From Mustelus asterias (lineage: Eukaryota), in contig NC_135817.1 in NCBI RefSeq assembly GCF_964213995.1, forward strand, positions 53,196,001-53,260,000: 64,000 nucleotides of DNA. Reading direction: 5' to 3'. Position 1 is the stretch's first letter. Every line of letters begins with the position of its first letter. The notes beneath the pieces were generated by a model that worked only from the letters and a program-made list of their open reading frames with translations, was not told the DNA's origin and did not search any database. The position numbers and the translations under genes are program-made. Of this stretch, positions 61,425-64,000 are shown piece after piece.

Positions 61425-61960
61425 AAGAGAGGGGGGAGGGGCTTTAAACCCCGCCCACTGACCGTCCCGCATTCTGATTGGCTCCTGCCCTGTGGCCGTT
61501 CGCCGCCAGAGACTTGAAATTGTGATGCCCGGATGCAGCCTGATTGGCTGAGGGGACCGCGCGTGATTGGCGGCTGGAATCACGTGGTGGTGGTAGACGG
61601 GGCTTCTGCTGGGGCGGGGCTAAGGTCCCGGGGGTGGTTCGGTGAGCGGAGGGGAATGGAGAGGGTGGTGTGTGAGGAACACGGTATGTTTAAACATCCA
61701 CCACAGCCGGAGTGTGTGTGTATATACATATATATGTGTGAGAGTGTGTGTGTATATATATATATATATATGTGTGTGTGAGTGAGTGAGTGAACGGAGC
61801 GATAGCGGAGTCTCCCGCCGGAAGTTGGAACCGGATTGCCGGCCGTGAATGATTCAATTGGTGGATGGAGTGTCCAATCAGCAGCAGCTGGGGGTTTAGT
61901 CCAATCAGAGTGCGGAATGACCGGCTCTGGCCCACGTGGGGTAGTGATGGCCAGAGGCGC
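61425..61960. promoter_or_regulatory. CpG-rich CCAAT/GC-box promoter, possibly bidirectional
   Basis: ATTGG at 61477, 61543 and 61566; CCAAT at 61874 and 61901; GC boxes at about 61449 and 61611; CACGTG at 61581 and 61933; ETS-type CCGGAAGT at 61818; high CpG density outside recognisable TEs. Confidence 0.65.
61712..61792. repeat. (TG)n/(TA)n/(TGAG)n compound microsatellite within the promoter
   Basis: Seen directly in the sequence. Confidence 0.9.
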
Positions 61961-62099
61961 GAGCCCAGGGAGAGAGAGACCAGAGGCCGGACAGGGCATT
62001 GTTTCCCTTGATGCGGGAGGGGGACTGAGGCCACTGCCCCCCCCCCCCCCCAGGGGGAGGGATCGACTGAGACACATTAGAAACACCTGAACTCACACC

Positions 62100-62292
62100 T
62101 CATCATAGAATTCCTACAGTGCCGAACGAGGCTTTTCAGCCCATGCAGCCTGCACCGACAACAATCCAGGCCCTATTCCCCCTAATCCCACACATATTTA
62201 TCCTGCTAATCCCCATGACAGTAAGGGTCAATTTAACACAGCCAGTCAAGATAACCCACGTATCTTTGAACTGAGAGGGGAAACTGGAGCTA
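62100..62292 (-). mobile_element. HE1-type V-SINE, 5'-truncated
   Basis: CATCATAGAATTCCTACAGTGC tail and partial V-domain. Confidence 0.8.
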
Positions 62293-62532
62293 CCAGAGGT
62301 CGGAGTTTAGGTGTTTCTAATGTTTTGGTGCGGATCCAATGGGCCAAAGGGCCTCTTCTGCGCTGTATGATTCTGAGACCACTCTCCCTTTGTAAATTCA
62401 AAACCACAGGGGAGAGATTATATTCACATAGACCCATTTCACTGTTACAAAATGTGCCAAACTGCAAATCATCACTTCTGATCTTATTAAATGTTGAAGA
62501 TCACTTATCCTGCTGGTTTCCCACTCCAGACA

Positions 62533-63335
62533 TAGTCAGAGGTTTACAGCATGGAAACAGGCCCTTCGGCCCAACTTGTCCAGGCTGGCCTTTTTTTTAA
62601 ACTCCTAAAATAATCCCAATTGCCTCGTTTGGCCCATATCCCGCTATACCCATTTTACCCATGTAACTGTAAATGTTTTTTAAAAGACAAAATTGTACCT
62701 GCCTCTACGACTACCTCTGGCAGCTTGTTCCAGACACTCACCACCCCCTGTGAAAAAATTGCCCCTCTGGACACTTTTGAATCTCTCCCCTCTCACCTTA
62801 AACCTATGCCCTCTAGTTTTAGATTCCCCTACCTTTGGGAAAAGCTATTGACTATCTAGCTGATCTGTGCCCCTCATTATTTTATAGACCTCTAGAAGAT
62901 CACCCCTCAGCCTTCTACGCTCCAGAGAAAAAAGTCCCAGTCTATCCAACCTCTCCTTATAACTCGAACCATCAAGCCCTAGTAGCATCCTAGTAAATCT
63001 TTTCTGCACTCTTTCTAGTTTAATAATATCATTAATAATTAATGACCAAAAGACAGAGTTCTCCCAGAAACCTGATGGCATCACGGACTGGTTGCAGCAC
63101 AAGAAGTCTTTTAGCCTGCTACATTCCTGCCAGTTCTTTGCACCAGCATCTCAGTTAACCCCCACACACTCCTGCCTTTATTCTCCCCCCCCCCACCTCC
63201 CCCCCCCCCCCCCCCCCCCCAAATCCAGCATTTCTCTTTACCCTTCAGATGCTTAAGCAATCCAGTTTTGAACGCCCTGATTGAATCTGCCTCCACCACA
63301 TTCTCTGGTAGTGCATTCCACATCCTAACACTGCC
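62533..63335 (-). mobile_element. Two CR1 3' fragments (62533-63030 and 63110-63335)
   Basis: LERVQKRFTRMLLGLDGSSYKERLDRLGLFSLERRRLRGDL; WNALPENVVEADSIRAFK. Confidence 0.85.
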
Positions 63336-63429
63336 TGCATAAAGATATTTTTCACCATGTTACTCTTGATTCTTTTGCCAGTCTTCTTAAATAACATCCT
63401 CTGGCGTTCTGACAATGATTCTTCTGGTC

Positions 63430-63960
63430 TTCACCATTCTGCCCACTAGCCTCTGTATTTATCGAATCATCCTCCAGAGTGATGTCACCACAAAACACAT
63501 CTTCCCCTCTGCTTTCAGCATTCTGTAGAGACCATTCCCGCTGCAACACTCGGGTCCGCTCGTCCATCATCACCACATCTTCTTACAGCAACTTGCCTCC
63601 TTTCTCTCCATCCGTGACCCGAAATACTCCTTTCAGGTGAAATGATTTATTTATATTGACAATTTGCTCACAACTGGAGGAGGGACTGAATACAGATTGA
63701 CTGACTGCTTTGTGGAAAACTTTTTCTCAGTTCACAAGTATCACCTGAACTTTTCAGTCACCGTGTCATTTGAATTATCCAACTTGCTCCCACTCTAACC
63801 TTTCTGTCCTCTGTCTCGTCCAGTGTTTCAGTGACGTTGATTGTAAATTTGGAGATCAACACTTCATTGTTCAACTGGGTACTATACAGCCTTCTGGACT
63901 CAACATGGAGTTCCACAATTTGTAGATTGCAACATCTGTTTCTGGTTTCTTTGCTGGTTT
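63430..63960 (+). mobile_element. Degenerate Penelope-like element 3' region
   Basis: Remnants resembling a GIY-YIG C-terminus (EDQHFIVQLGTIQPSGLNMEFHN) with many indels. Confidence 0.55.
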
Positions 63961-64000
63961 TGGTTTTTCCCTTGTCTTATCATTCTGCCACTCACATCTG

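Noticed and set aside
1-64000. CRISPR arrays, rRNA or prokaryotic systems
   Set aside because: None seen; the repeats are eukaryotic retroposons, MITEs and microsatellites.

Overview
Vertebrate genomic DNA, almost certainly elasmobranch (shark/ray), judged from HE1/V-SINEs, SacSINE1-like DeuSINEs and CR1, Rex1/Babar and Penelope-like elements (PLEs). The only host gene I can support is the 3' part of IGSF3 on the + strand: three phase-1 Ig V-domain exons (7070-7477, 15250-15660, 22431-22847), a terminal TM/cytoplasmic exon (28802-29052) and a probable long, TE-poor 3'UTR to about 37.05 kb. The rest is intron/intergenic DNA dense with transposon debris, plus a CpG-rich CCAAT/GC-box promoter at about 61.4-62.0 kb. 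Most entries in the ORF track are spurious or TE-derived. The most unusual signal is a family of three related short elements headed by the 5' end of U2 snRNA (17722-18060, 28081-28254, 59961-60028 plus 58763-58790). They share a body motif and a TTGA-rich tail, and two of the three abut the hammerhead-ribozyme-bearing end of a PLE. The window also contains a 228-bp twin-hammerhead hairpin element with a 12-bp TSD, a PLE insertion with long inverted arms, and recurrent snap-back scars at retroposon 5' junctions. Family names come from recall, not database searches, and TE boundaries are approximate.
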